Below, in pieces: positions 27,394-41,500 of a stretch of 64,000 bases of DNA. Location of the stretch: NCBI RefSeq assembly GCF_009914755.1, contig NC_060933.1; one strand, given 5' to 3'. The position numbers and the translations under genes are program-made. Within the stretch, counting starts at the first letter, position 1; the number at the start of each line of letters is the position of its first letter. The notes under the pieces were generated by a model. That model did not search any database, was not told the DNA's origin, and worked only from the letters and a program-made list of their open reading frames with translations. The stretch comes from the human T2T-CHM13v2.0 reference genome, Homo sapiens.

Positions 27394-29729
27394 GAATTTT
27401 TTCAACAAAGCTGTGGATTCAGCTCTAGCATAGGTATCTGTTCAAAGCTATTTTTCGTTTGATTTAACATTACATATCAGTAAACCAGCAAGTTAGGAGC
27501 AAGATTTGTGGCCACATTACAAACAAAATCTTTCCGAGGAAGAGGATTCCAACTAAGAACCTGGGCGTTCCTAGTGTCCACCAGTCAAATAAAAACTGTA
27601 TTCTCTCCTTTTTGCTGTGCTGATTAAGACAGACCACTAACGAAACAAAATTATGAGCTTAGTCCCAACGTGAGGCAGATGGTTTTGTGTTTATAGATTT
27701 GAAATGTCTGAGCTAGAAGGGGTCATAGAGGTCATCTAATTCAATTCCTTCATTTTATAAATTGGAAATAACAAAAAAAAACCAAAATGAAAGTCAGAGG
27801 GGTTAAGTGACTAGCTCCTTGTCATAATTATGTCTGCAGACTGCTTTTAACCTTGGATCATCACACGCCCATCACTTTTGGAGAAAAAAAATGTCAAAGC
27901 ACATCTCTATAATGGTGTGCATCCGATGTTTCATCATTAAGCGAGAAGGATAATGCATTGCTCTGGGGAAAGATTTTAAGGGCTTACATACAATGGAAAG
28001 AGGTACCGAAGCAACATCCTGACCATGTTAATTTCCTTTTGACTCCCTTACATCTTGTTTCTTCAGTATGTCTACTAATAAAGGGGCTCATAGCCCCCAC
28101 ACATTGTGTCGCTTTAATGCTTTGAGAGTTCAATAGTAAGCAATGACAAACATGTGATGCCCTGGCTCTTTCCTCTGAGAGTGCATTGGGCTGGAAAAAA
28201 TGTTCAATCATCAGCAAGCTTCCTCTTTCCTGCACCTGCTGACAAACCCCAGGAGCACCTGTTTGCTGATGGACGCTAAGATCCACAGATAATGCTTTAA
28301 TCTTACTTTAGCTACAAGGAAGCATGGCTAGGTACTCTATATATCATTCATTTTATTCATACTCTTTGCTTAAGGTGATTTTAATGAGAGAGAAGAGAGG
28401 ATAGGAAGAGAGGGAGAGGGATAGAGGATTTGTATAGAGGATCTGGAAAAGGAAAGGGGGTTGTGAATTAAATATTTTATTGTCCTGGTCTGTCAGTTTT
28501 GTAATTTTGAGAATTTTTTTAAACCATTTGTGTCTCAGTTTCCCTATCTATAAAATGGGACAGATTGGACTAGGTGAATTTAGTTAAAACCCTTTTATAA
28601 TTATAACACTCTGTATTTTTCCTTTAGAAAAGAGGATAGCAGCAATAAGTCAGATTCTTCCATAGGTTGCACTGATGACCTGGAGGAGCAAACACCTTGA
28701 CTCTAGTTTCCATTTTAATAAAGGGAACTGTAGCTATTCTGCAGTCCTTCTCTACCTCTCTTAACCAAGCACTAGGTACATATGTTTAATGACTTTTGTT
28801 ATTCTTTTAAGGCTATCTTCACACTAGAGTAATGACTTGGACAGCAACAGAAGCCTATCAGATGATAGAAGAAAACAAGGAGTGACCTGCAGAAAGACAA
28901 TAAAACCTTGGCTCTATAGACTGCAGTGTCTACAACACACACTGAAAAAAGTAAATGTCAAGTGCCATATTTTGGGCTGCTTTGCCTTGTGCATCATCTT
29001 GCTCACCATGCAGTTTTTAGCAATTGAAATCAGTTGGCCTTTTCTGTGGAATACCTACGTTTCCATATCTGCTATCTTGGCAGGCCTCAGTCTCTTCTGG
29101 CGAGTAGAACTAGGTATCTTCCTCCCCACCGCCCACCCGATAACTATTTGTATCTACTCCCTAGCCATGGAGACTTCTGGTCTTTGGATAAGGAGGAAGG
29201 AGACATTTTGAGGTAGAGGTGCCTGGGGAAGAAAGAGAGATAGGATGAAGGCCACAAAGAAGATGACATGGGACAGGCCTTTCTGAGCCTGCCCACACCT
29301 GTCTTCACTTCTGTGGGACAGAGTAAGGAATTGAGAAGACTTAGAAAGACACTAGGAGGCTCTAGGCACAGCACTGGCACATCCATGCCTGAAGTCAAGT
29401 ATAATGCAGAGCTGAGGAAAGGGATGTTTTGCCCACTCTTCCCAGGATTCTGCCTGTTTGGCACCCTGACCGTATAGACATCCTGTCACAGAAGACAGCC
29501 TTCATTAACACCAGGCACACAGGCAGCTTCAAGGCACCTCATGAGCCCAGGAGAGAAGAACATGGGCACATTACTCGCAGAGGATTCATGGAGATAACGG
29601 CCAATGTGCGGGCTGTGCAGCAAGACTGAGGTGCTGCCATTAAACAGGTCTAGGCTCAGAGCTACTAAAAATTGGCAACTAATGTGATCTCATGTATACA
29701 CGGAAGCTGCTTAGTGCTTACCAAATGTT

Positions 29730-30050
29730 CTAAGAGTGCCCCTACATTTCCCAGTTTTATTTGTAGTTTAGTTGCACCACAGGACTAGTTAAAGCCAGTG
29801 AGCTGTAGGCAGAAGTGAGATGTGCAATTTCTGGGTCAAATGTTAAGAGCTGGTGTCTTTCCTCCATCTCTGTCTTCCCTTCCTGTAGGAAATCATAGAG
29901 ACCAGGCATTGGAGATGAAGGATCAGTAGATGGATTAAGGCTGCTCTGCTTGAATCACATGGGACTTAATGTGAACCCAAAATAAGCCTTTCTTGTGTTA
30001 AGCCATTGAGATTTAGGAGTTATTATAACATATGCTAGAAATTAAACTAT
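29730..30050 (+). mobile_element. MLT1 (J-like) MaLR LTR fragment
   Basis: CTACATTTCCCAG, GCAGAAGTGAGATGTG, AATAAGCCTTTCTTGTGTTAAGCCATTGAGATTT. Confidence 0.65.
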
Positions 30051-30773
30051 TACAACTGGGTGCCAGGCCTGTAAAGGCAAGATCCTCTTCTCTTTGGAAT
30101 GTAATTCCTGCCTCAATATATCATCGGTACCCAAGTGCCACCAATTTTACCTTTCCGGAGTCTCCTCTCCCATGCCACAATGTGTTAGGGACCTCATACA
30201 ATAACCTCCTAAAACTATTCTCCCTACCTCCAATCTCCCCCTACCTGTAAGTCATTCTTTATCCCACTATTGGAATTATCTTTGTAAAACATTGCCTATA
30301 GTGTAAAACACAAACCCATTAGATACACAAAGTCACCCTGGAGGAGCCCAGGAATCAGGGTGGCAGGTAGATGGAACAGCCTCTCAGCACGTGTGTCACC
30401 ATTGTCTCTGTGCATGTCTGCCGGTGGTCCTACTCTCTGGATTCTGAAGTGACTTCCTTGATCACTGCAAATAACTTTCTTGAGTTCAGAGATCAGGAGT
30501 CCAAATTCTAATTAAGTGAATCAAGACAATCTCATATTCTAACTCAATTAAATATTTAAGAAAATAACTTCAATTCCCTGTCTCTTCTTTACATGAATAT
30601 TTTTCTCACTGAAACAAATTATATTCACACTTGGTATTTAAACTTTTAAAAGTGTTTTTAAATAACGATTTTGGTTTTTGACACAATCATCAAGCATTTG
30701 TCTGCATTCGAGTAGCTTCAGACAGTACGCAAAGGGGGAGGGCAATCAACAGCTTGTTTTCAAAAAATAGGTC

Positions 30774-30842
30774 TATATGTATATATATGTTTGTGTGCAT
30801 GTATGTACACAGGTATGTGTGTATACATCCACGTGTGTGTGT
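30774..30842. repeat. Degenerate (TA)/(TG) simple repeat
   Basis: Alternating purine-pyrimidine run. Confidence 0.7.
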
Positions 30843-32819
30843 TAATTATTGCCATGCCAGCATCGATCTTGCTCCTCTCTGTATAACCTACTGTCCTGCC
30901 AGTGATAGTCCTTCATAAGACTGCATTTCATTAGCATATGTTTAAGAGATGACTAAAATAACTCACTGTGCTTCTTCTCACACTGCAAATGTGTGTGGCC
31001 TGCCTCTGTGTAGTGTCCCCGGGGGGCATTTATGGGCCATATCTGTACTTGTGGCTCTGCCTCTTTGTCCCCTAGAGCTTCTGATGTGCTTTTGCTCAAA
31101 ATGGCTGATGGCCAGCTAAGCCAGTCCACCATTGTCCCTCCTCAGCTGCCTGTAGCCACAGCCACTTGTCATGTGGCTTAGTGTTCTACTTCAGTGCATC
31201 CTTGCACTACCCATTTGCCCCCTTTGATTTGGCAGTAACTGGCTGTATTTTATCAATTAAATATAGCAGGGCTTTACACAGCACTTTCCCCCCTTCTGAG
31301 TCACCCTGCATGAAAGAAGGGATGAATCAGAGATGGCAACACAGTTTCAAGCAGGAGCTGACTGGCACAGAACAAAGGGACCATGCCATACTTTAGGGAG
31401 GTCTCTTTTGCCTGGTGATTTGGCCCCTTGGGGACAGCCTGTTTCTTGTTTCTGAGTCAGTGACAGTTATTTTGTTGAATGAGAGGTGTTCTATTCAGTC
31501 CCTGGTGACATGAAATCAATGAATCTCAAGATTTGGGGCAGGCTCTAGGGCTTGCCACATCAGAGGAAAACACTGATTAAGGATTAATGTGATCTGGGGA
31601 ACACCCAAGTCCAAACAATGGCATTGACACAGTGCCAATATATGGCTGGGCTACCCAGCAGCATTCTGGGATCCACTGAGAGCCGGGGCTCTTTGATTTC
31701 TAACCTTTGAAGGGTCGGGGGAAAAAGACTTGCTGGAAAGCCTTGATTCATGCTGTGGGTGGTGGTAATAAGTTCAGGATCAAATGACCACTTCATCTTC
31801 AAAGACTCCTGAGGCCACGCAGCACTGAAGGAGACTAGGGTAGGAAGTGTTATTTTAATAGTGATTCGATCAAGGGCTCAAGTAGCTTGTTCTAAGTGCC
31901 TTGTGCCAAGTGGACAGTGGATCTATCTTCTTTGTATAGACCCCAGAACTGTCCAGCTGGAGAAATTCCAACTCAATTTATCAGGAATTGTCCTAGGACT
32001 CAATGAAGAAGCTTCCCTATTGAATATGGACGTGCTTGTGAGCACCTAAGTAACATGTCTTCAAATATCTGTTATGCACACCAAAGGTGTAAGATCACAT
32101 ATCAAATGTCCTCTCTTCCTCCTTCCACGTGCTTTTGAGGTGATGTCAGATTCTTTGGAGATCCATGCTTTCCTTTCTGACTTTTGAACAGCTATAAGTG
32201 AACGATAGAGGTCTCAGAAAATGGTCCTGAAGTGGCATTCAGGATACCTTTTCGTTCTGAGGTGGTGTATCCAGGCCTTCACTGGAAGATAATTTTATTG
32301 ACATAACATTCTTCAGATAAGTTGCCTTCATTCTTTATAGAAGACTCTTAGTGCTTTTTAAATTCTTGATATTATGCCAGGAGGAAAACATCAGATAGAT
32401 GCTTATATCTATTAACATCCCTCTTTGATCACTTGCTAATCTCCTCCTCCAGCTCAAGACTGTCTGTGGACATCAAAGAACAAGAAATAGTAAACACTGG
32501 GATCTGGTAATCCTGACCCCTGTGCACCAGGAGGACTCTTTGAAGAATTTGGAACGGATCTGAGAAATGTTCTTTCTCCTTCTTTTTCTAATTTCATTAC
32601 TTTAAGAAAGCAACTATTTACTTGACTTTCACTCAGTTTTCTCATCTGAAAAATGGACGGGTTAGGCTGGAAGGTCTCTAAGTATCTTTCCAGTTCTAAA
32701 CATTCTTAGCATTTTCTACTGAGCATTATTCCTCAGTTGTCATGATCTGCAATATTTACAACAGTCTTAAGGCAAATAATAAAAACTGAAATTGTCCTCA
32801 GGACTCTTCAATTTAAAAA

Positions 32820-33000
32820 AGCTTATTTATACATGTTATTTCATTTGTTCTTCCCCCAGAGTCATGTCCAGTAGGTTGCATAGGTATTACTATCTTTCCC
32901 ACTTACAGATGGAGAAAGTGAGGCTCAGAGAAATTAAATGATTGGCCTCAGATCCTGCCTCTGAGAAGCAGAATAAGAATTGGAATCAAGTGATCTAACA
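32820..33000 (-). mobile_element. MIR fragment
   Basis: CCCACTTACAGATGGAGAAAGTGAGGCTCAGAGAAATTAAATGA. Confidence 0.75.
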
Positions 33001-34039
33001 GGCAGAATTGAGGCCGGCTCTTCTCTGTGCAGCTGCGTCTTGGCTGACAGAGGTTGCCTCTATCAATCTTGTCTATTCCTTAACTTTGTGGGAGAGCATG
33101 ATGACCTACTTGATCATTTATACACATGAACTAAAACTTGATTGTTAAGAGCCTGGGAAATTATAAAAGGACTGCTAAAATATTCCATAACATCAATTCA
33201 CTGTACAGTCTGTCAATGCCATATTGCATCTTCGATGCCAGCTCTTTTTGTTAGGTTTTGTTAGGTGGGGGAGGTGGAGAAAAAGCTAAAGCTATCATTT
33301 TATTCCCTCCCCTTTAGCAACTGCCTGCAGCCTCCTGGGCTTTCCCTTTAAAAACAAAATCATCCACAAGGCAGAAGCGGTTTGTCATCTTAAGACCTTT
33401 GGAAGAATTGCTTGGAAAATGAACTTTGACAGCTCTGCAGGCACACTCCTGCAACAGGCTGCTGCACTGTTCTCCTCCATCAACCTTGCTTTCTTCCAGA
33501 ACAAAGCCTCAACAGTTGGAGAAAGAGGGGCTTGAGCCAATATAAATAACCACCACCTAAGCACAGGCCTAGGAGGTTACTGTAGGTTTCTCAGTGCTTT
33601 GCCACTTAGAGAAGATTATTTAGGGAAGAGAGGTGGAAAGTGATTATACCAGGGCTTCGATAAAAGTTGGGCACCAGGTGGGTCAGCATGCAGAGAACTG
33701 CCCTGGGCTCAGCCTCTTGAAATAGGGGCTAAGGTTTGATCTCAGGCATGCTTGTAGAATAGAAAGTAGTCTAAAATGTCACTAGTCCCTAAATAGTCTA
33801 ATTGCAAATCTGGACTCTGAAGTCAGCACCAAGAGTTCTGGTCTGCAAAAACAATCTGTGAGCTGAGCACAGCTCTGCCATTACACTTATTTTTCTGGTC
33901 TTCCCTTTTCTCCCTCTCATCTGTGAAAGAAGGGTTTTCAACTAGCATTCAAGCAACAACTATAAGCATTCAACCAACCACTGTAAGACACTGTGCCCTT
34001 CATTGTGCCAAACACTGATGATACAAAATGGATAATAAA

Positions 34040-36520
34040 TAAGCTCATTTGTTAGTGAATTAATTTCTGCATGTTTTGTTATTATCAGGCATTTTGATTC
34101 CACATGTGTTTTAAACCCCACTATCATCATTATTGTTTAAGACAGTCTATTGTAATTTAAAATTGTCCACATTTTTTTTTCGTTTTCATTGATCTTTATT
34201 GCAGCCTGCATTTCTGTAATTCCTTTTGAGTTCCTCTTTCCTCTTGCCGAAGAAACCTCCCTTCCTCTTTTTCTCCCTTTTCTAAGTGCAGTTCTGCAAG
34301 GGTTGAAATCCTCTCTATTTTTATTTGACTAGAAAGGTCTTCATTTTACTTTCATTTTGGAAGGCTGTTCTCTCAGGTGATAGATGCTAGAGTGGCAAGC
34401 ATTTTCTCTCTGCACTTTAAAGATGTCATTCTTTTGTCTTTTAGCTTCCATTGTTTCTCTGGGGAAGTCTTCTGTCTGCCTAATTTTTGCTCCTACGGTG
34501 TAATGGATCTTTGGATCAGGCAGCTTTTAAAATTTCCTTTACTGTTTGGTAGTTTTATTATGATGTGTCTAGGTGTGGTTTTCTTTATATTGAGCCTGTT
34601 TATTAGAATATAGGATTTCTTGAATCTCTCAAAAGTCTTAGAAAATTATCAAACATTTTCTCTTCCAAGACTGCTTCTTTCTCATTCTCATATCTCCTTC
34701 TGTTACCAGGGGTCTTTGCTCCCAGAGCTCCCAAGATGGTGGCGGGCCATGGCAGTGGCGGCAGGCCACGTCCAAGATGGTGGCAAGCCTCGTGTTCTCT
34801 GACCTGGGGTTCTTGGCCTCACGGATTCCAAGGAATGGAATCTTGGGCCATGCGGTGAGTGTCATAGCTCTATTAGAAGCCTTGGGTCATTGAAGAGAAC
34901 CGTGGAACCTAGTGACTAGTGTTCAGCTGGATTAGGACGAACCTGGGCACTTAGCCGGGCAGGAATAATGGCAAGCCTTTAGCCTATTCGGGAGCGGCAA
35001 TGGGCGCCTCGCTGGATCAGGAGCGCAGCAGACACCCTGCCGGATCCGGAGGGGTGGAAGTCAGCAGTGGGTCTGCGACGGAGGCAATCAGCAGCAGTGG
35101 ATGGTGAGCAAAAGCTCAGCTCCAGCCGTAACAAACACGGACCAGAATAGTGTATAGTTGAAAGATTCAATAGAGTGAAAACAGAGCTTCCATAAAATGG
35201 GAGGGGACCCAAAGTGGGTAGCTGTTGCTGGCTGGAATGCCTAGGTTTATATCCTGATCAGAGCCTGTGCTCCCAGGCAATAGATGATTGGCTATTTCTT
35301 TACCTCCTGTTTTTGCCTAATTAGCATTTTAGTGAGCTCTCTTTACTATCGGATTCATTGGGTATGAGCTAAGTTGCAAGCCCCGGGTTTAAAGGTGGAT
35401 GCAGCCACCTTCCCGGCTAGGCTTAGGGTTTCTTAGCATAGAAAATCCAGCTAGCCCTGTCTTTCACTTCCGGTATTCCAATTATAAATATATTAGACGT
35501 TTTCCCTGTATTTTGTCTCCTGCTTTTTTTATATTCTACATTCTTTCTCCATCCCTGATTTAGCTTGGATATTTACGACTGACCCAACTTTTAGTGAAGT
35601 AATCTTCAGCAATGTCAACCATCTGTTAAATACACTTATTGAGATCTTAATACCATTTATATAATTCTCATTTAATTATTTTAAAAAATAGATTCTAGTT
35701 CTTGGTAAAATTCTCCATCTTATTGTTTTCCTGAACATGGTCAAACTGATGTTTGATAATACCGATATCTAATTCACCTGTGGGTCTGTTTCTCTTTTCT
35801 TTCTGCTTTGTCCTATTTTTTTATTCCTAGTAAATTTTAATTGCTTGCTAGACACATTGCATATGGAAAATTGGAGAGGCTCTGAATGATGTTATCTTCT
35901 TCCAGAGAGAATTTACCCTATCCTCTGGCAGGCTGCTAGATGAGGGACACTTCACTTCAGTACAATTAGGAAGTAAGCAAACCTCACGTTACTCCTGATT
36001 TTGCCCTACTCCTAGAGGTTTCCTTCAGATGAGATCTTGGGATGCCTAATAGGGTCTATCCTGGACACTGATTTTGGTTTCCCTGGGACTAAGAGACTGC
36101 TAAAAACTCCACTTTGATTTTCAGATGGTATTAACCTGGTTTTTAAGCCATTCATTCAGTCATCAAATGCCTTGCAGGGTAAACCACCTCCACTTCTTTG
36201 CATGTCCCCTCTTTCAGAGCCTGGCCTACACAAGTCCTGGATGCACTGGAAGCCACAAACTTGCATTTTTTTTCCTTCCTAGTTCCAGAAGGTTGCTGAA
36301 AGCTCAGCTGGCTCCTCTATCTCTTAGATGCCACCCTTTGCCTGGCTTCTGACCCATGACAAAACATGCCAAAAAACTACATACATTCTGAGGTGAATGT
36401 TGGGGTCACATCAGCAAACTCCCTTCTTCCTGGGGTCTTGGCCCCTTGAATCCTAATTTTCTTGGTTATTCTCTGATGTTTTCAAGCAGATAAATATTTT
36501 TAGTACAACATTTCTTGATC
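34040..36520 (-). mobile_element. Ancient L1M/HAL1-like fragment (ORF1 region) interrupted by LTR17
   Basis: T-rich antisense L1 blocks GCACTTTAAAGATGTCATT, TATGATGTGTCTAGGTGTGG, ATTCCAATTATAAATATATTAGAC on both sides of the LTR; boundaries approximate. Confidence 0.65.
34701..35466 (-). mobile_element. LTR17 (HERV-W) full-length solo LTR
   Basis: Reverse complement starts TGAAAGACAGGGCTAGCTGGATTT and ends GGAGCTCTGGGAGCAAAGACCCCTGGTAACA; 766 bp; 4-bp TSD CTTC (34697-34700 / 35467-35470). Confidence 0.93.
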
Positions 36521-38399
36521 CTTGGTTTTGCTACAAGCTACTTCATAGAAGGAAAACGAAAAGCAAAGGAGTACCTAGAAGTTTCCAAAATTAAGTATCA
36601 GGAGTGTGTGTCAGATTGTGAAAAGCAAGCATTTCTATAAATGTTTCTGGAAAACACAAATTTTAAGCAGGATTTTAAAGAAAAGTAGACTACTAAGCGC
36701 AAGCCATAGGAGTCTTCAGTAAAGGAAAGCATATATGCACACAAGTAGATGCTTGTCATTCATTTTTCCAAGAAATGTTTATCCAGATTTTGCTGTATGT
36801 CATCCACTGGGATAGATGCTACCTAATACACAATAAACATTTTGGAGCTTACAGGTCATGGGGTAATACAGAAGTAATCAGGAAATGACAATATATTGTA
36901 ATAAACTAAGACAAGGATCTGTTTGGTTGAAGCAATGGGGCTAGGTAGAGAAAAATACAAAAAATGAGAAGGTTAATAAAGTATTAGTGAGAGCAAGATA
37001 GCAAGAAATGCAGCTGGGTGGTGGGAAGAAATAGGTGATAGACGATTATGCCCGGAGGATGGCTTGGATTTGTAAGGCAGGATTTGTAAGGCAGGCAGTA
37101 CAGTTGCATTCCAGGTTGAGTAGGGAAGTGTATCATAGCATCATTGTCTTTAAGAAAGGCTATTCCTGATGTAAAATTTTTGGATAGACTGGCAACCAAA
37201 CTAGAGAACCTAGGGGTGAAGCCCCTTTGATGTTCAGAGTACAACAAAGGCATATCCTGTATCAGCACTTCCCCTACCTAGATTTGTGTGAATACTTTGG
37301 GTCCTATTCTATTTTAAAATGATGCTAGAAGGTCCAGAAGTGATTAGGTCTCTGGCCCCACTAGAGCTAAAAATTGTGACCTTCTTAGTCCTTTGCTTCT
37401 CTTTCTCTTCTACTCTCTACTTCATATTCCTTTCCCTTTTCTCTGTCCTCACTTCTTCCCTCTTTCTTCCTCATTCCTCTTTTATTTTTTTCTTTTTTCT
37501 TGCTTTATTACTCTCATTAGAAGCATCATCATTTGAGTAGTTTGAAAACCTCTAAGAAAAAATATTCCGGGAACCTTTTTATCACTCCTGGATCTTTACG
37601 AACAGCACAGGCATGGGTTAGTTCCAGCCCTCAGGATTTACTGTCTTTCGCACTCCATTTTCTTGCTTGGCTAAAAGAACAGCTATTTTTGTGGTGCAGG
37701 TTTACCCTGTCTCCCTTTTTCTGTATCCCTAGAGAGAAAGTCTGATAACCGAGGCCAGACTGCGATCCCTTCCGAGGACTGACTGCAGCCAAGTTTTGAG
37801 AATGTGTCCTCCTGGGTCTGTGTCAGCAGCTCACTCAGCTCTGCTGGGAAGAGCATGCCAGGGTCACTCACTGTGCATTAACCTCAGTGGCTTGCTCGCT
37901 CCATCTCTCGTCAGCTGTTTCTTTTCCGTGAAAAGCACACACAGTTCAGATAATTAAACACTTGTGGGGCATTTTACATTTCATGAATCAATCAGCAGTG
38001 AATTATTTTTGAATGTGCTCATGCAATGTACTCCAAGTCTCTTAGCTATATTTTGCAAATGAACAGGAGTGGATTTATCATGAAGCAAATGAGGCTTAAG
38101 TTGGCCTCTTACGTACAGGGGCCCATTTCAAGGCCCCAGGAGAATCCCTGGTGATTTCATATTTGTAATTTATATTTTTTCTTAATGATACTCTTCCTTC
38201 ATCCCCAACACCACTTTTACAAGCTTGAGATCCCACAGTAACTGAATCTACCCCTGGGAAAACTAAGACTCTCTTTCTTGTTACCAGGCTAGGTCTTATC
38301 ACCATGTGCATCAGATATTGCTTTGCCTTTATCACTGATTTCAGATGGACAACTTTTGCTTTGTGGGCAGTTTGTTTCTCATATATAGGCCAGCTCACT

Positions 38400-38859
38400 T
38401 TTTCTAAAGATCTGTCTTCAGAGTGATGGTGACAAAAATGTGCCTTCTGAACCCAAACTACAAGGAGCTTAATTGATCAAGGGGCCAGCAGCTGAACTCT
38501 GAAAATCCATCGCCTTATTTGTACCAAGGCAGTGCTTCCCAGGAGCTGGCTGCTCATGCAGCAGGAATACTAAGGCAGAGCTAGTCTGGGGAGATGTAGG
38601 ATTCTTCTGACGGCTGGTTTTGACATAAGGACTCCCTGACAGTATTGCTGAAAACTCCTTAAACTTCCTGGCAGTTTAGTAGATGCTTCTACTTAATTTT
38701 CCTTCCCTTTCTCCTTCACTTGGGGTCAGACTTGTATAATGGTCTGATGGCTTTCCCTGGTTTGTCCCCATTTTCTGTCACACAGGCATTTCCCTTAATA
38801 AAATTCTTATACTCTGAATCCTGTCTTAGTGTCTGCTTTAGAAAATGCAAACTAACACA
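38400..38859 (+). mobile_element. LTR16-like ERVL solo LTR
   Basis: 3' end CACAGGCATTTCCCTTAATAAAATTCTT...GTCTTAGTGTCTGCTT...AACTAACACA. Confidence 0.7.
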
Positions 38860-39994
38860 ATGAGTTAATAGGAAAAAATAGGACTGGATGTTAGAATGCA
38901 TTAATCAAGTCCCACTGAATTTTCAGGGATCTTAGTAAATTAAAATTTGAAAATTAAAATACCCATTGTCATGACCTCCCCATCTTTCACTTTTGCCCAC
39001 ACTTGAAATTTCCTTTTTTTGCATCTAACTAAATCTTGTTTATAATGTGAATCCCAGCTCCAGTCCATCTCTTCCATAGAACCTTGATTTTCTCTCTTCT
39101 GAGTTCTTATGGTCCTGGCCCTATGAACTTAAACATCATGGTAATTCTTGATTAAAGGGTCAGTCAAATAGTCAATCTTCAAAATCCCCTAAGGGCTAGC
39201 TCAGGCTAACAACTTCTATATGCCCTTCTTCTGTAAAGCTTATAGACTAGTATTTTAAAAATTATGTTCCAGTAATAGCAATAGACTATGTATATTTTAG
39301 AAGAGAAAGGGTCCATGGTCAAATAAATTTGGAGGAAATACCCACCACGTATATGGCCATTTCTCAGAGACTTAACTGCACGCCAGTGCACTAAAGACTT
39401 GGAAACAAACTATGGGAATGGTTTCAACTAACTCCGAGTTCCCCAAACCTATTTGATATTGCAAACCTTTTTCCATAAAATTACTATTAACAACCACATG
39501 GATTTATTTTTTAACAACACAATTTGAAAATATGTGTTGATATTTCTGAAGATATTTCTTTCAGAGGTGCATTTGTATTAAGTCACTCTCTGGATATATT
39601 GAATAGGGGTAAGGAGGAGGCAAGTCAATTGGCAACATTGGCAGGTGGGGGAGCTTCTGGACCTCAGCCATGAGATCAAAATGAAAGAGGGCAGGGTAGA
39701 CTAACGCCAGGTGTGCAAAGCAGGAGCTGGGAAAGCAGGTCCAAGAATGGCCTGAGCTTATTCTTACCAGTCAATGTTTAAAGGGGACAGTGACAGGTTA
39801 TTTTTCTTTCTTTACAGGAATCACATAATTAGCACCCGTAGGGAATACCCTTCAAAGATGACCCAAGAGCTTCTGGTCAACTGCTTTCCTTTGCAGGCTT
39901 TCTTACCATTTATACAGTTTCCTTTCCAGCTAGATTACAAGCCAAGATTAGGGAAAACGTCTTACCATTCTTTAATTTACCTCGGTATTTAGTA

Positions 39995-40200
39995 TTCCTT
40001 CATTCTTCCAATAAATCATTATTATGCCACTACTGTGTGCCAGACAATGTTCTTGGTGATAGAGATGCAGCAGTGAACCAAACCCAACAAGGTTCCTGTC
40101 CTCATGGAACTTACATTCTTATTGGGTAAACAGATAATAAACCCAATAAGCTGAAATACAACAAATATTAGTGGCAAGTGCTATGAAGAAAATAAAGTGG
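39995..40200 (-). mobile_element. L2 fragment
   Basis: CTACTGTGTGCCAGACAATGTTCT...GCAGTGAAC...CCTGTCCTCATGGAACTTACATTCT. Confidence 0.75.
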
Positions 40201-41299
40201 GATAAAGGATTAAAGAGCACACCAGAGACAGAGTAGATACCGAATAAATATTGACGGATTATGTAGGACTTTTGAATTGCCTCAGTGATTTTCTGCAGCC
40301 CTCAAAGAGAATTTAACAGGAGGAAAGTGCCATTGTGGCTTGCATAGGTGTGATCATTTTTTAAATGGTGACAAAACCTCAAAAGTGGGCAATAACATTG
40401 ATGTCTTGTTTCTGCTATTCATCAGCAGGCAAACGTTCTATCTGCAACTGTCAGAACTACATATTTAGCACAGTTCCTCTTACTATTAGCGTCTTCAACA
40501 TGCTGCTACCTTCCCCACATCTTCCTACCCATTACCCCCTTGTAATTACTGCAATCATTTCAGATTAAGATGTTAAAGTCCAAAATGTTTGTGAAAAAAA
40601 TTGGCAAGCTGTCACCTCCAAATACCCAGCTGAGTTGCCAAATGAATAATAATGCAAAAATGCTTGCTGGAAAAATAATAAATAAAAGCTTTTTGTTGTA
40701 TAATAAATCCTTTTCTATAAACCACCCCTGAGGAAACTGGCTCTAGGCTAGTTTCCTAGTAACATTTTCCTCCAAGTAAGCAGGCCATTTTATTTCATTC
40801 TTTTCTACACTTTATTTTTTTCCAAGAGCTGCTGTATGGTCCTACCCCATTGTTCTTCATGAAATATGAATGCCACAGGAGTGTATGGGGAGAGATGCCA
40901 GCTACATGGCTGTGGATAGGAGCCACTAGTGACTAGAGTAAGTGATTAGTTCAGAAAGTGGCAGCTGAAAAGGAAGTGTGCATTGTGGGAAAACAGAGTT
41001 ATTTTATTAACCATTAGCCAAAAGAGAAGACTTAAAAAAATAAAAAACCCCGAGAGGCTGGATTTAAGGGCATCCATCTTGCCCATTGCAGAGCAGCTCT
41101 GTTCATGAAAAAGGGGAAGAACAACACAAACCACTTGGGCTGGATTTGGATATTCATGGAAGGCTCCATTATGCTTGGGGCAGACCGTGGGCAAAACTGT
41201 ACCCAAGAGCTCATTGTCACATTTGAGGAATTGGCGAGGCATGACAGATAATTAGGCAATAACTAACACTCTGCATATACTACGTTGTCTATGTATATA

Positions 41300-41500
41300 G
41301 GATTGCCACATATGTTGTCATCTCATTTGATTCATCAAATAATCCTAGGAAACAGGATTATTTTGCCTACCTTAAAGATGACGCCATTGAAGTTTAGAGA
41401 TGTTAAGTAATTTTTCTAAGGTTACATAGCCAGCAAGTGGCAGAGCTAGAATTCAAATCCAGGTCTCTCTGACTCCCTAGGTGGGGCTTTAGCCACTCTT
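41300..41500 (-). mobile_element. MIR fragment
   Basis: GTTAAGTAATTTTTCTAAGGTTACATAGCCAGCAAGTGGCAGAGCTAGAATTCAAATCCAGGTCT. Confidence 0.75.
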
